Of a stretch of DNA of 64,000 bases, positions 35,107 through 48,965 are shown piece by piece. The translations under genes were made by a program, and so were the position numbers. Origin of the DNA: Geosiphon pyriformis uo1. Taxonomy: Eukaryota > Fungi > Glomeromycota. The first letter of the stretch is position 1. The number at the start of each line of letters is the position of its first letter. The notes below the pieces were generated by a model that worked only from the letters and a program-made list of their open reading frames with translations, searched no databases and was not told where the DNA came from. The DNA is taken from contig JAAOMT010000283.1 in assembly GCA_016748015.1 (NCBI GenBank), positions 66,108-130,107 of the forward strand, read 5' to 3'.

Positions 35107-38100
35107 TGTTACCAGAGGTTTTTTGGTCTCTTTTTTTGAATGTTGCTAATGTTTGTCTGTTGCTAATTTCATGTTTTCTGGAAGCAGTTGAACCTCCAAT
35201 AACTGAATTTATCTTCAAATTATCTCCTATAATTTGAAGTGCTGGGCTTATAAGTGAAATGGCCAATTCCATGCCAGTTACTTTGTATAGTTACATTGTA
35301 GTAAATATCAACTCTTTCCCAAGAATTGCTTATCTGAAAGTTCACTAAAAATGTGTAGTTACTTTGCTGTGAAAATCAACTTTTCTACAGGAATCTTGTC
35401 TGTAGACTACTCTAATAATTATGATAAAAAAATAAAATAAAAATAAAAGAAATATAAAAGAAATAAGATTGTTAAGAGAAACATTTTCTATTCAGGCCTG
35501 AAGTCATTAACAGTTTATTGAAATTGGGAACTAATCAATTTCAAAATATTAGTTGTATTGAAGAAATTTCAAGTATAATAATTAAAGGATTTGGTTTTTG
35601 AATATTTTAATTTTTATTTGAAATGTGTAAAAAGTAATTTGTTCTAATTAAAATATCTAAAGTAAAATACTATGTTATAATACTATGAAATAATAAATTT
35701 TCTTGAAAAAAGAAGCTCTTTTTTTATACAATCTGTTGTAGTACTAGTTTTTGAACTTGCACTTTTCTCTTTGCTACAATTTGGGTGAACTAAAGATATA
35801 TTTTGGCAAACTACAAGTTATTTCACTAAACTATTGATTATTTCAGCCAATTTTTATTAATTTTGGCGAATTTTGACTATGTTAAATAATTCAAGATATT
35901 GTGTAATTTGATCATCTTAATTTTTATAATACAAATCAGATTATTGATTGAATAATAATATTTGATAATTTGATTAAATAATAAGTAATAATCGAAATAA
36001 TAATAATATATGCTAATTAATAATAGGAATTATGAGGATAATTTTATGCTAATTAATAATTAAAATTCTACTGGTAAGATAATCTCTTCCTCAAAACTGA
36101 GCTCCATTAAAGTTCAAGCATTATTTGTAATGTTAAGATAGTAGTCCAAAATAATTGAAGTGATTGGTCTGAAAATTGTTGAAATTTTAGTTCTGTGAGC
36201 TTTCCAATGTATTAAATCTTTATTGGATAAAGTATTGGATTTTGTAAGACATTTTCACAAGTGTTGAATAACTCATAAAGTCTAAATACTGCTTTAAGTT
36301 TGTAGTGAATGTTTGTTGGTCCAGTTGTTATCTTAAATTCATTGTGAATTTGTTTTTGTATAGTCTCAAGAGTGATGTTAGTTGCTTTAAGTTCCAGTTT
36401 TCGTTCATAAAGTGTTTTTTTAATATGAAAATATTTATATATAAGGGTATATTTATTGTTCTGTTCATTAAGGAATAATAAAAGTTTTTGTTAAATTGTG
36501 GTATTTGGCAGAATATCAATAAAGACAGATAAAACATTTTTTTTTTAATGCTTGCTTCAAAAGTTCTGGTAATTAATTTTCAAAATAACTTCTTGTTTTT
36601 CTTCTATAGGGATGATAATTTTGAGAATTATTTACTATGAGTGTTGTGGTTTCTTTTTGAGTGTAATTAATTTGATTTTCATTAATTGTTATGGATAAGT
36701 CAAGAAGTGTTTTTAAAGCTAACATTAATTTTTGAAATATTTATTGAATATTTTGAGGAATAACTATGATAAAAATGATTAACTAATAAAATTTTTTTTT
36801 TGAAAAAAAATAAAGAAAATTATTTTTTGAATATAGGGTTTTTTTATTTGTTTTTGGGTTTGAATGTTTCTTGTAATTATTTACTATTTTTGTTTTATGT
36901 TTTGTGTATTTTAAAGGGGTTATTAAAAAATGTTAAATTAAGTGTTCAAGTTTGGTTGTTGTTCTATTATAACTATTGGTTCTAAATTTTGGGAAATATT
37001 TTCAGTATTAATTAAAGGGGAATGTGTACCAATTTGTGAAATTAATGGTTCAGAAATGTTTCTGGAATAATAATGTTTCAATCAATCTTTGTGTGCAACT
37101 TTTGTTAGTATTTTGTTATCAAGTTTTAACTTGTATGATTTATTGCCTAAAATTTTATAAATATAAAATGATTCATTCCATTTATGTTCAAATTTTCTAT
37201 TCTATTGTTTTTTAGCCTTAGTTCTGTGTAAGAAAACTTTATTTCTAACTTTAAATTCATTGGTAACTAGTGGCAATTTGTTATTATGCCTTTTTTTTTG
37301 TTAAGCTTGAAAGTATTTAATATGAGTGGCTGTTATTTGTCTTTTTTTTTCAGTGTACTAAGAAGAATATAGGTTCTTTTTTGAAGTGTTTCTTAAAAGT
37401 TTTTTTCATTGATTGGTTGCACTGGATATGTTTCTACTGTAAAATTAATTGATAATGTTGCTGTTCTTCCATAAATAAGGTTAAATAGTATGTGTTTCAT
37501 AGTATTTTGTTTTAGTGTTCTGTATATTAGTAACACTGATGGAATAAATATATCTCATTCTTGCTCAAAATCTGTTGAAACTTTGGCTAAAGATTCACAC
37601 AATGTTCTGTTAAAATGTTCTACAAGTCTATTTGTTTAGGAGTGATAAGGTAATAATAAAGATCTTTTGACATTGAATCATTTACAAATTTTTTGTATTA
37701 AGTTGTTCACAAAATGTGTTTCTTGATCAGATAAAAATTCAATTGGGTATCCATATCTACAAATAATGTCTTCATAGATGAAATTTGCTACTGATTTTGC
37801 ATCTGCTCTTTGGATGGCTCTAGCTTCAAGCCATTTGGTGAGATAATTTACTGTGATTGCAATATAATGATTTTCTTGAATTGTGATAGGTAATAGTCTA
37901 ACTAAGTCAATTCCCACTCTGTCAAAAGATTGTCCAACTTTGATTGGATTTAAAGATTTTGTGGAGTGAGTTTTTTCTCTTCTTTAACAACTATTACAAG
38001 ATTTTACATATTGTTGAATGTCTTTTTGCATGTGAGGCCAAAAATAATGTTCAAGAGTTCTTTGGATTGTTCCATCTTTTCCCAAGTGTGCTGAAGAAGG

Positions 38101-41100
38101 ATTTGTGTGCATGTTATATAGAATTGTTTTTTTTATTTTCCTGTACTAATCTGAATAGTTGGTTTGGGTTTTTGCAATTTTTGTAATAGATTTTGTTGTG
38201 GTGTATAAAATATTGTTTAGATTGGTATTGTAATCAATGTTTTTTACTTGGAGACCAATCTTTTGGCATGGTAAAAGTTTCCAAATAGTTTTTAAGATTG
38301 TTGTAATTTCTGGGGTTCATTGTTGTTTGGTTATTTTGTTGGTGGGTTGTGGTGAATTTGTTGTTGGTGTTAATCTTGTCTCATTCTTGAAAGGCTATCA
38401 ACATTTGTGTATAGTTTTTCTGATTTGTGGTGTACAATATATTTGTAGTCTGCTAAGAAGTCATTTCATCAAAACTGTTTGGCACTTTGTTTAGTTTTCT
38501 TTTTATTAAACCACTTGAGACCAATATTGTCAGTTATGATATCAAATTCTTTTTCATTCTTCAAGTATTGTTGAAAGTGTTTAAGAGCCCAAATAACTGT
38601 AGCAGCTTCTAATTCAATTAAGCCATATTTGAGTTCTGTTAGTTTAAGTGTTTTACTGGTATAGACAATAACTTATTCCTGGCCATTTTTATCCAATTGT
38701 AATAAAATAACACCAAATACTATGTGTGAAGCATCAGTGACTAGTTAGAACTGTCTGTTAAAGTTTGGGTAAGCAAAAACTGGTGTTATTGTCAATTTTG
38801 TTTTGAGGGTTTTAAAGGCTTTCTGTTGTTCTTCAGCCCATTGGTATGGCACATTTTTGTTGATAAGATAATTAAGAGGTTTGACAATCTTTGAAAATCT
38901 TTTGATGAATTTCCGATAGTAAAAAGCTAATCCTACAAATTTTTGTAGTTTTGTGGTATTTTTGGGAGTTTAAAAGTTTTTGACAGCACTGATTATTCTA
39001 AGGTTTGGTTTGACTCCATTTTTGCTAACAATGTGTCCAAGGAAAATTAAATTTGTTTTTCCAAAGTAATACTTTTCAATGTTCAATTTCAATTCTGCTT
39101 TCCATAATTATTGAAAAACTTCTTATAGGTGGATAAAATGAGCTTCAAAGCTTGATAAGTACACATCAGTGTCATTAAGATAAACAATTACTAATTGTCA
39201 TAAAAGTCTTTTATATACAATATCTATGAGTCACTGGAATGTTGCTGGTGCATTGCAGAGTCCAAAAAGCATAACATTGAACTCATAGTTTTCTCTTTAT
39301 GTGGTAAATGCTGTTTAGGGTCGATCTTTTAGGTTCATTTCGACTTGTCAGTATCCACTTTCCAAGTTTAAAGTTGAGAAGAACTTGGCTTTTCCTAGAG
39401 CATCTAATATGTCATTAATTCTTGGAAGAGGGTAGATATTTCCAATTGTTATACTGTTGAGCTGATAATAATCTACACAGAATCTGATTTTTCCATTTTT
39501 TTTTTTGACAAGAACCACTGGTAAGGCCCAAAAACTTCTTAATGGTTAAATTAATTCATTATTGAGCATTTTTTGGATCTCTTTTCTGATAAATTGGTGA
39601 TTAGTAGATAGAACTTGGTAGGCTTGTTGTCATTTTGGTGGAGCATCTCCTGTGTGAATTTGATGTTGAACAATATCAGTTTTTCCAAGATTATTGTTGT
39701 CTTTTACAAATATATCTGCAAATTTATCTATTAGTTGTTTCAGTTGTTTTTGTTGTTGGGATTCTAAGAAACTCATATTAATTCAAGAAAGGTTTTTTTC
39801 TAAAAGATAGTAATTTTCAGTAGCAGGAATGATGTTTGGATTGGGAAGTAGAATATGTTTTACAATTTCGATAAAATTAAAGACAATTTAAGAGTTTTCA
39901 TCTTAGAAAATATTATTGTATATGATTTTAATCTTTAATTTATTCAACAAGACAATAGGGTAATTATTGGAATTGTAGAATGTGACTTGAAATTTTTTCA
40001 TTCCTTTGGAAATATAAACGTTTGGGATAAGATTTTATGCTTTAAACAGATTTGTTCATTGGATTTAAAGATTTGTTGGGTAGTGGTGGGTTTTGAGCAA
40101 ATGTAAATTTCGTAATGTTCTCTAAAAAGTAAAATGGTAATTGGTTGGAAAAGTTAAAAAATCTGGTAAGATTTATTCTGAGCATTGAGAGCTAAAGATA
40201 TCTGAGGTCATATTTTGCATTAATTACATGAACTTTTTCTGGTTTTATTTCTTGTCCATTGTTGTTAAAGTATTTGAGTTGTATAGCAAACTGGTTTTCA
40301 GTAAAATAGATTGATGTTATTGCAATTTTTTTCTTTGTTTCAGGTTTTCCAAATTCAATTTCTTCCTGATTATTTTTATTGGACAGAGAAATACTAAGAA
40401 CATAGCATTTTGGACATCATTTGTCATCACAAGGCATGATGTATTTTTTACACAATTGAATGTTTATTTGCTTTAATTGTTGAATTTGAGCTTCTTGGGT
40501 TGGATAAGTGTGACTTGTAATTTGGTGGTATGTTTCTACTTTATCTTCATAGTTGAATTTAGCTAATTCTATTGTGTACTCAATGTATTCAGTTTCTTTC
40601 ATTTGGCGGATATTTTTCTGTGTGGCTCCATTAATTAAAGCCATTGCTAGATCAAAGATTATTTCAGCATCATGAAAATAGTAGTAGAGTTTATTAAGAA
40701 CACTATTGTAGGCTGCATTAAAGAGTGTTTTTCTTCTGACTTTTTTCGAAATTGATAAAGCATATTAACAGGTTTGGTTACATACTCCTTCTCTTATTGC
40801 AATATTAATCCAATTACATTCTTCTAGTAGCATATCTCTACATATAAGACAAGGAATGTTGTCCCATTTTCCATTTCTTTTGAAATATCCAAATTGTTCT
40901 CTATGACTTGCTTTGCAAAAGTAGTAGGTGCAAGTTTCATATTCTTTTTTTGGAAAAATACATGCTCCCATAGATAAAAGTTTTTTCTTGCAATCTTTAC
41001 ATTTAAGTGAAATATAAGGTGGTTGTTTTCATGGTTCTGGTGTGGAATATCTAACTACATTCCATCTTCTGGTCCTTTTAAAAATTTCTTGTTCTGTTTC

Positions 41101-44100
41101 TTTAGCCCAATTGGATGATGATCCAAGAGCCATAAAGATTTCAGTGATTGGTAATTCTTTCTTCTCTTTAAATTCGAATACTGAAACTTTTTCAGATTTC
41201 TTATTAAAAGTACTACAGGTGACAGGTACTCTGGTGTATTGTCTTTGATATAAAATCTTCAATTTCTGGGTTTTCCAATCTAAATTTACATTGGCCTTAA
41301 GAAGCCAATTATTTCTGACAAGAATTTAGTATTGTGGTACATTCATGACTAAAACTTTAACTAAAATAATGATTTTATTAATAGTAAATAGGAAGTTGTC
41401 AATTTCTTTTACTGGTGTCTTCTTTATACTATCTGTTGTAACAATTATTGTTTGGGCTGGTCTGTTAATACTTTAATTAAGTTGTTGTATTAATTGATAG
41501 GTAATAATACTTTCAGCTAATTCACTATCTAAAATTAACTGAATAGGTTTTTCTTTAACTTCAGCTTCAGTATACATTGTTGTAATTGCTCTTTGTTCAT
41601 TGACTGCTGCATTGCTAAGCAAGAATAATGATTCATTTGCTTCAAATTTGAATAGAAATATATCTGAAAGATTGGCATTGTGGGCAATTTGGGCTGGTAA
41701 GATAGTATTGTTGGAAGGGTTTGATCTTGGTGCTACAACTTTACCTTCAAAAAGTGCAGATTGTTGAAAATCCAATTTTTCAGATATTGTAAGATAACTG
41801 AGTTGAGTATGGTAATTGGGTCTTTGCTGACCAGAATTTCAGGAAACTAATTGGTTGTTTGGGTTAATTTTGCTCTTGTTTGTTGAAAAACGGTTTTGTA
41901 ATGTAAATTGGTTGTGTTGAACCAATCTTTGGGCTGGTACTTGATATTGTTGTGTAGATGATTGTTAATACTGTTGAATTGGTATGGATTGTTAATATTA
42001 TTGCTGTAGAGCAGGCTAATAGTAATTGTTTTACTGTTGAGGTCTTAAAGAATAATAGACTGGTAGTAAAAACTGATAATGAGATTATTGTATTGAAGAG
42101 TAATGTTAATTACTCCTGTTTTGTTGGTCTCTTTGTAGCTTTTTGCAGTTTTATTTCCAATGTTTTGGAATTCCACAATAATAACAACTTTGGTTTTAAT
42201 TGTTTGATGATAATGAATAGTTGGTTTGGTTTTATTGTTGTGATGGCTGATATTTTTGTGTTTGTTGTTGCTATTGTTGATTGGTAAAATAGTTTTCAAC
42301 CTTCTTTGTGAGTTGGTCAATTTTTTCTTCAGTTGCTGAGCTGGTTTCTTCAATAGTAAGATTCACAAATTTGGTATGATTTGCTTTTTCTATTGTCATT
42401 TCATAATTCTTTGCATGTCTAATAGCTGTTGCTAAGTCTGCTAGAGCATGTGGACAAACTTTTTTGATCAACTTGTCTTTTAATTCTGTTATTAAACTGA
42501 TCCAAAATCTGGGCATTGGAATAATATTTATTGGTTTTCAATTATCAAATTCATCAAAGAAGTTTGTTGAATCTCTCAAGATAGGTCATAACAGTTTTAG
42601 ATATTTCTTGTTTGATATTGCAAAAGTGATTTTGGAGAGTGATAGAAGTGTTGTTGTTAGTAAATTGTTGCAGAAAAGCATTTTTGAATGTTTGCCAGTT
42701 TCCAAAGGGTTCTTTTAAGTTTTCAAACTATTCTTTTGCAGTTCCTTAAAGAAAGTATGGAATTGCTTTAAGCATTCTTGCTGTATTTCATCTATTTATA
42801 TCTCCTGCTTTCTGGACTTTGTCAAGCCATTCTTGAGGGCTGGTATTATTATCTTCACCAGTAAATTCTGGGATTTTTACAATATAAGCAGTTGCTATTT
42901 CTTCTTTGTTTTCTGTAGTTTCTTCTGATTCTGANNNNNNNNNNNNNNNNNNNNGTGGTATGTTTCTACTTTATCTTCATAGTTGAATTTAGCTAATTCT
43001 ATTGTGTACTCAATGTATTCAGTTTCTTTCATTTGGCGGATATTTTTCTGTGTGGCTCCATTAATTAAAGCCATTGCTAGATCAAAGATTATTTCAGCAT
43101 CATGAAAATAGTAGTAGAGTTTATTAAGAACACTATTGTAGGCTGCATTAAAGAGTGTTTTTCTTCTGACTTTTTTCGAAATTGATAAAGCATATTAACA
43201 GGTTTGGTTACATACTCCTTCTCTTATTGCAATATTAATCCAATTACATTCTTCTAGTAGCATATCTCTACATATAAGACAAGGAATGTTGTCCCATTTT
43301 CCATTTCTTTTGAAATATCCAAATTGTTCTCTATGACTTGCTTTGCAAAAGTAGTAGGTGCAAGTTTCATATTCTTTTTTTGGAAAAATACATGCTCCCA
43401 TAGATAAAAGTTTTTTCTTGCAATCTTTACATTTAAGTGAAATATAAGGTGGTTGTTTTCATGGTTCTGGTGTGGAATATCTAACTACATTCCATCTTCT
43501 GGTCCTTTTAAAAATTTCTTGTTCTGTTTCTTTAGCCCAATTGGATGATGATCCAAGAGCCATAAAGATTTCAGTGATTGGTAATTCTTTCTTCTCTTTA
43601 AATTCGAATACTGAAACTTTTTCAGATTTCTTATTAAAAGTACTACAGGTGACAGGTACTCTGGTGTATTGTCTTTGATATAAAATCTTCAATTTCTGGG
43701 TTTTCCAATCTAAATTTACATTGGCCTTAAGAAGCCAATTATTTCTGACAAGAATTTAGTATTGTGGTACATTCATGACTAAAACTTTAACTAAAATAAT
43801 GATTTTATTAATAGTAAATAGGAAGTTGTCAATTTCTTTTACTGGTGTCTTCTTTATACTATCTGTTGTAACAATTATTGTTTGGGCTGGTCTGTTAATA
43901 CTTTAATTAAGTTGTTGTATTAATTGATAGGTAATAATACTTTCAGCTAATTCACTATCTAAAATTAACTGAATAGGTTTTTCTTTAACTTCAGCTTCAG
44001 TATACATTGTTGTAATTGCTCTTTGTTCATTGACTGCTGCATTGCTAAGCAAGAATAATGATTCATTTGCTTCAAATTTGAATAGAAATATATCTGAAAG

Positions 44101-47009
44101 ATTGGCATTGTGGGCAATTTGGGCTGGTAAGATAGTATTGTTGGAAGGGTTTGATCTTGGTGCTACAACTTTACCTTCAAAAAGTGCAGATTGTTGAAAA
44201 TCCAATTTTTCAGATATTGTAAGATAACTGAGTTGAGTATGGTAATTGGGTCTTTGCTGACCAGAATTTCAGGAAACTAATTGGTTGTTTGGGTTAATTT
44301 TGCTCTTGTTTGTTGAAAAACGGTTTTGTAATGTAAATTGGTTGTGTTGAACCAATCTTTGGGCTGGTACTTGATATTGTTGTGTAGATGATTGTTAATA
44401 CTGTTGAATTGGTATGGATTGTTAATATTATTGCTGTAGAGCAGGCTAATAGTAATTGTTTTACTGTTGAGGTCTTAAAGAATAATAGACTGGTAGTAAA
44501 AACTGATAATGAGATTATTGTATTGAAGAGTAATGTTAATTACTCCTGTTTTGTTGGTCTCTTTGTAGCTTTTTGCAGTTTTATTTCCAATGTTTTGGAA
44601 TTCCACAATAATAACAACTTTGGTTTTAATTGTTTGATGATAATGAATAGTTGGTTTGGTTTTATTGTTGTGATGGCTGATATTTTTGTGTTTGTTGTTG
44701 CTATTGTTGATTGGTAAAATAGTTTTCAACCTTCTTTGTGAGTTGGTCAATTTTTTCTTCAGTTGCTGAGCTGGTTTCTTCAATAGTAAGATTCACAAAT
44801 TTGGTATGATTTGCTTTTTCTATTGTCATTTCATAATTCTTTGCATGTCTAATAGCTGTTGCTAAGTCTGCTAGAGCATGTGGACAAACTTTTTTGATCA
44901 ACTTGTCTTTTAATTCTGTTATTAAACTGATCCAAAATCTGGGCATTGGAATAATATTTATTGGTTTTCAATTATCAAATTCATCAAAGAAGTTTGTTGA
45001 ATCTCTCAAGATAGGTCATAACAGTTTTAGATATTTCTTGTTTGATATTGCAAAAGTGATTTTGGAGAGTGATAGAAGTGTTGTTGTTAGTAAATTGTTG
45101 CAGAAAAGCATTTTTGAATGTTTGCCAGTTTCCAAAGGGTTCTTTTAAGTTTTCAAACTATTCTTTTGCAGTTCCTTAAAGAAAGTATGGAATTGCTTTA
45201 AGCATTCTTGCTGTATTTCATCTATTTATATCTCCTGCTTTCTGGACTTTGTCAAGCCATTCTTGAGGGCTGGTATTATTATCTTCACCAGTAAATTCTG
45301 GGATTTTTACAATATAAGCAGTTGCTATTTCTTCTTTGTTTTCTGTAGTTTCTTCTGATTCTGATTTGGTTTCTTCACTTTCCAGGTTCTCTGAATGATT
45401 ACTTTTGTTTTTCTGTAAGTAATCAAAAAAATTGGTGCTGGTTGATATTGGTTCTTGTTGTTGAATAAAATTTCTAAGTAACTGAAAATCTTCTGGTCTG
45501 AAAAAACAGTTAAGTAGTAAATTTGGTGTTTGTGGTTAAACAAGTAAAATTGGAAATAGTGTAATAGAAAGTGGTAATTTGACATGGTGTTTGTAAGTGT
45601 TTAGCAATTATCTTTGGTGTCTTTGGAGTATTTGGGGTGGTACTTGAGTGTTGTTTCAGTTTTTGTTTGTCTTTGTTGCTTGTTTTGTCTCTAATTCCAA
45701 AGTCAATAGAGTATTTAGACTGTACTGGATAATTTTTTTCACAATACTGAATAATGTTAAAATTAAGTTCTTGGAAGTAGGTGACAAGTGTTTCACTGTT
45801 AAGATTTTCAGTTCTTAACTGTGAATAATGCACTAAATTATTGTAGAGATTGCTTCTAACTTTTGAAATGTTGTAATTTCCAAGAAAATAATTGTTAATG
45901 TGGTTTTCAATATACTGATAAAGTGTCTTCTTAACAATTTTAATTCTATTTGGAATGTTGAATCTCTGCTTGCAATGGGTGTAAATTGACTGATAATACT
46001 TTAGAGTTGTTGTGTTTGTGTAGTTGCCACTTTGAAGTTGTTATTGTTGTGTTATTTCTGTAAGAAAGCACTAAATGTTACCAGAGGTTTTTTGGTCTCT
46101 TTTCTTGAATTTTACTAATGTCTGTCTGTTGCTAATTTCACGTTTTTTGGAAGCAGTTGAATCTCCAATAATTGAATTTATCTTCAAATTATCTCTTATA
46201 ATTTGAATTATTGGGCTTATAAGTGAAATGGCCAATTCCATGTCAGTTACTTTGTATAGTTACATTGTAGTAAACATCAACTCTTTTTCAAGAATTGTTC
46301 ATCTGAAAGTTCACTAAAAATGTGTAGTTACTTTGCTGTGAAAGTCAACTCTTCTACAGAAATCTTGTTTGTAGACTATCTTAATAATTATAATAAGAAA
46401 AAGAAAGAAATATAAAAAAAATATAAAAAAAATAGGATTGTTAAGAGAAACGTTTTCTATTTAGGCCTGGAGTCACTAACAGTTTATTGAAATTGATAGC
46501 TAATCAATTTCAAAATGTTAGTTGTGTTGAGAGAATTTCAAGTATAATAATCAAAAAATTTGGTTTTTGAATATTTTAATTTTTATTTGAAATATGTAAA
46601 AAATAATTTGTTCTAATTAAGATATCTGAAGTATACTATGTTATGATACTATGAGATGATACATTTTTTTGAAGAAAAAAGCTCTTCTTTTATACAATCT
46701 GTTGTAGTACTAATCTTTAAACTTGCACTTTTTTCTTTGCTATAATTTGGATAAACTCAAGATATATTTTGGTGAACTACAAGTTATTTCATTGAACTAT
46801 TGATTATTTCGGCCAATTTTTATTAATTTTGGCAAATTTTGACTATGTTAAATAGTTCAAGATATTGTGTAATTTGATCATCTTAATTTTTATAGTACAA
46901 ATTAGATTATTGATTAAGTAATAATATTTGATAATTTGATTAAATAATAAGTGATAATTGAAATATTAATAATATATGCTAATTAATAGCTAAAATTCTA
47001 TTGGTAATA
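35107..47009 (-). mobile_element. Ty3/Gypsy-type LTR element, family B, full length; TSD GCAT
   Basis: LTRs 35107-36079 and 46076-47009 (TGTTACCAGAGG...); GCAT on both flanks. Gag GTG at 46030, protease (LILDSELA), RT/RH ending at 38370, integrase 38320-36938, ORF3-like region ~36100-36800, PPT GAGGAAGAG. Confidence 0.95.
40525..45364. repeat. Exact 2410-bp direct duplication around a 20-N gap (probable assembly overlap)
   Basis: 40525-42934 matches 42955-45364 (offset 2430); identical ORF calls in both copies. Confidence 0.9.
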
Positions 47010-47997
47010 GCATGGTGGCTAGTAATTTAGCAGAGATGCCCTTCTGGTAAGCTATCTTTAAATTTTCAAACTCTATACCCTTCTTTTGGGGTTTTTTACC
47101 AAACTATCTTTAACATTAATTATTCAGTGCTTAATTCTTTAATCAATTAGTAAACAACAAAAAATAACAAAAGAAAAAAAAGAAAATAAAAGAAAATAAA
47201 AAAATAAGCCAAGACAATAAATGTTAATATTCTGTCAATAGTCATGATTAAGAGCTATTGTTCTAGTGTGATTAAGTATCAGCTGCTATTAACATAAAGT
47301 GTTGATAATGAAAAGTGAATTGATATAGCAAATAATTATTTATTAATATTTGTGAATAAAAAGATTGCTTAGATAAAAATCTAAACTGAAAGATCTGTTT
47401 TTTTTTACTTCTAACACTATCACTATATATACATAATTAAGATTTCTCAATTTCTTAATTCTTCATATTAGGAATCTTAGAATTCCTGGAATCTTGCAAT
47501 TCTTTTGAAAAAAATCTTGGAATTCTGGAATCCTGTAATTTCTTATATGAGAATTCTGAAATTTTTGGAATTCTGCAATTTTTCTAAGAGAAATCCTGAA
47601 ATTTCATATTTACTATGTTTATTTCTGATTGGCTATTTTATATACTAATATACTTTCTATATATTCTATGAATAACAACATACACCCAACAAAACAAACT
47701 ATGTCTAATAGTTAACTATAGACTACAAAACAGCTAAAACCAAATAAAAAAATTGTTTATCTGTAACAGTCTTCCTCAGCACCATATTAAAGAAAAACCT
47801 AAAATCTATATAAGTCTGAACCAAACTGGGCTTAAAAAAATCCTTAGTAAACAAAAAGATATTCAAGTACTTGTGTAACTCATTCTTTTTAGCAATCAAA
47901 ATTGGCAAACTATTAATCAACAATAATACAGTCCTAATACCTTAGTTGATAGGAATAGCTACTGTTTTATTATTATTAATTGAAATATTATTGACAT

Positions 47998-48965
47998 TGT
48001 TACCAGAGGTTTTTGGTCTCTTTTTTGTAATGTTGTTGATGTCTGTTTGCTGTGAATTCACGTTTTCTGAATGTGGTTGAACCTTCAGTAACTGAATTTA
48101 TCTTCAAATTATCTCCTATAATTTGAACTGCTGGGCTTATAAGTGAAATGGCCAATTTCTTGCCAGTTACTTTATGTAGTTACGTTGTAGTAAATATCAA
48201 TTCTTTCCCAGGAATTGCTTGTCTGGAAGCTCACTAAAAATGTGTAGTTACTTTGCTGTGAAAGTCAACTCTTCTACAGGAATCTTATCTGTAGGTTACC
48301 CTAATGATTGTAATAAGAAAAGAAAAGAAAAATAAAAAAAATGTAAAAGAAATAGGATTTTATCAAGAGAAACGTTTTCTATCCAGGCCTGGAGTTACTA
48401 ACAGTTTACTGAAATTAGTAGTTAATCAATTTCAAAACGTTAGTCAGGTTTTGGAGATTTTTCAAGTGCAATAATTAAAGAATTTGGTTTTCCAATTTAT
48501 TTGATATTTATTTTTTTTTGTGTGTAGGAATGGTTCTAAGTGATAAATCTAAAGTAAGATACATTTTCTCAAAAAGAGAAGCTCTTCTTTTATACAACTT
48601 GTTGTAACACTATTCTATAAACTTGAACTTTGCTATTTTCTATAATTTTGCTGAACTAAAGATACATTTCAGTAAACTACAAGTTATTTCTGTGAACTAT
48701 TAGATATTTTGGTGAACTATCAATTATTTCGGCGAATTTCTACAAATTTCGGTGAACTTTTTGAATGTTATATAGTTCGGGGTATTGTATAATTGATCAT
48801 CACAATTAGGTTACATTTGTGTTATGTACAAATTGGATTATTAATTAAATGATAATTTCGGATATTTTGCTAATGTAATAAGTAATAATTTGAAATGCTA
48901 ATTAATGATAAGAATTATAAGGGTAATTTCATACTAAGCAATATCTCTAATTTTGTTTGGTAACA
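47998..48965 (-). mobile_element. Solo LTR, family B; TSD ACAT
   Basis: TGTTACC...GGTAACA homologous to 35107-36079; ACAT on both sides; LINE sequence resumes afterwards. Confidence 0.95.

Larger units (their letters stand above)
25844..47677 (-). mobile_element. Ty3/Gypsy-type LTR element, family A, element 2 (heavily decayed); TSD ACAT; 5' LTR interrupted by the family-B element
   Basis: 3' LTR 25844-26740; 5' LTR 34922-35106 plus 47010-47677; ACAT on both flanks. ORF1 34859-28877, integrase 28815-27438, ORF3 27383-26754. Confidence 0.95.

Noticed and set aside
40525-45364. Biological tandem duplication of gag-protease
   Set aside because: Copies appear identical in an otherwise heavily mutated element and flank a 20-N gap; best explained as overlapping contig ends.
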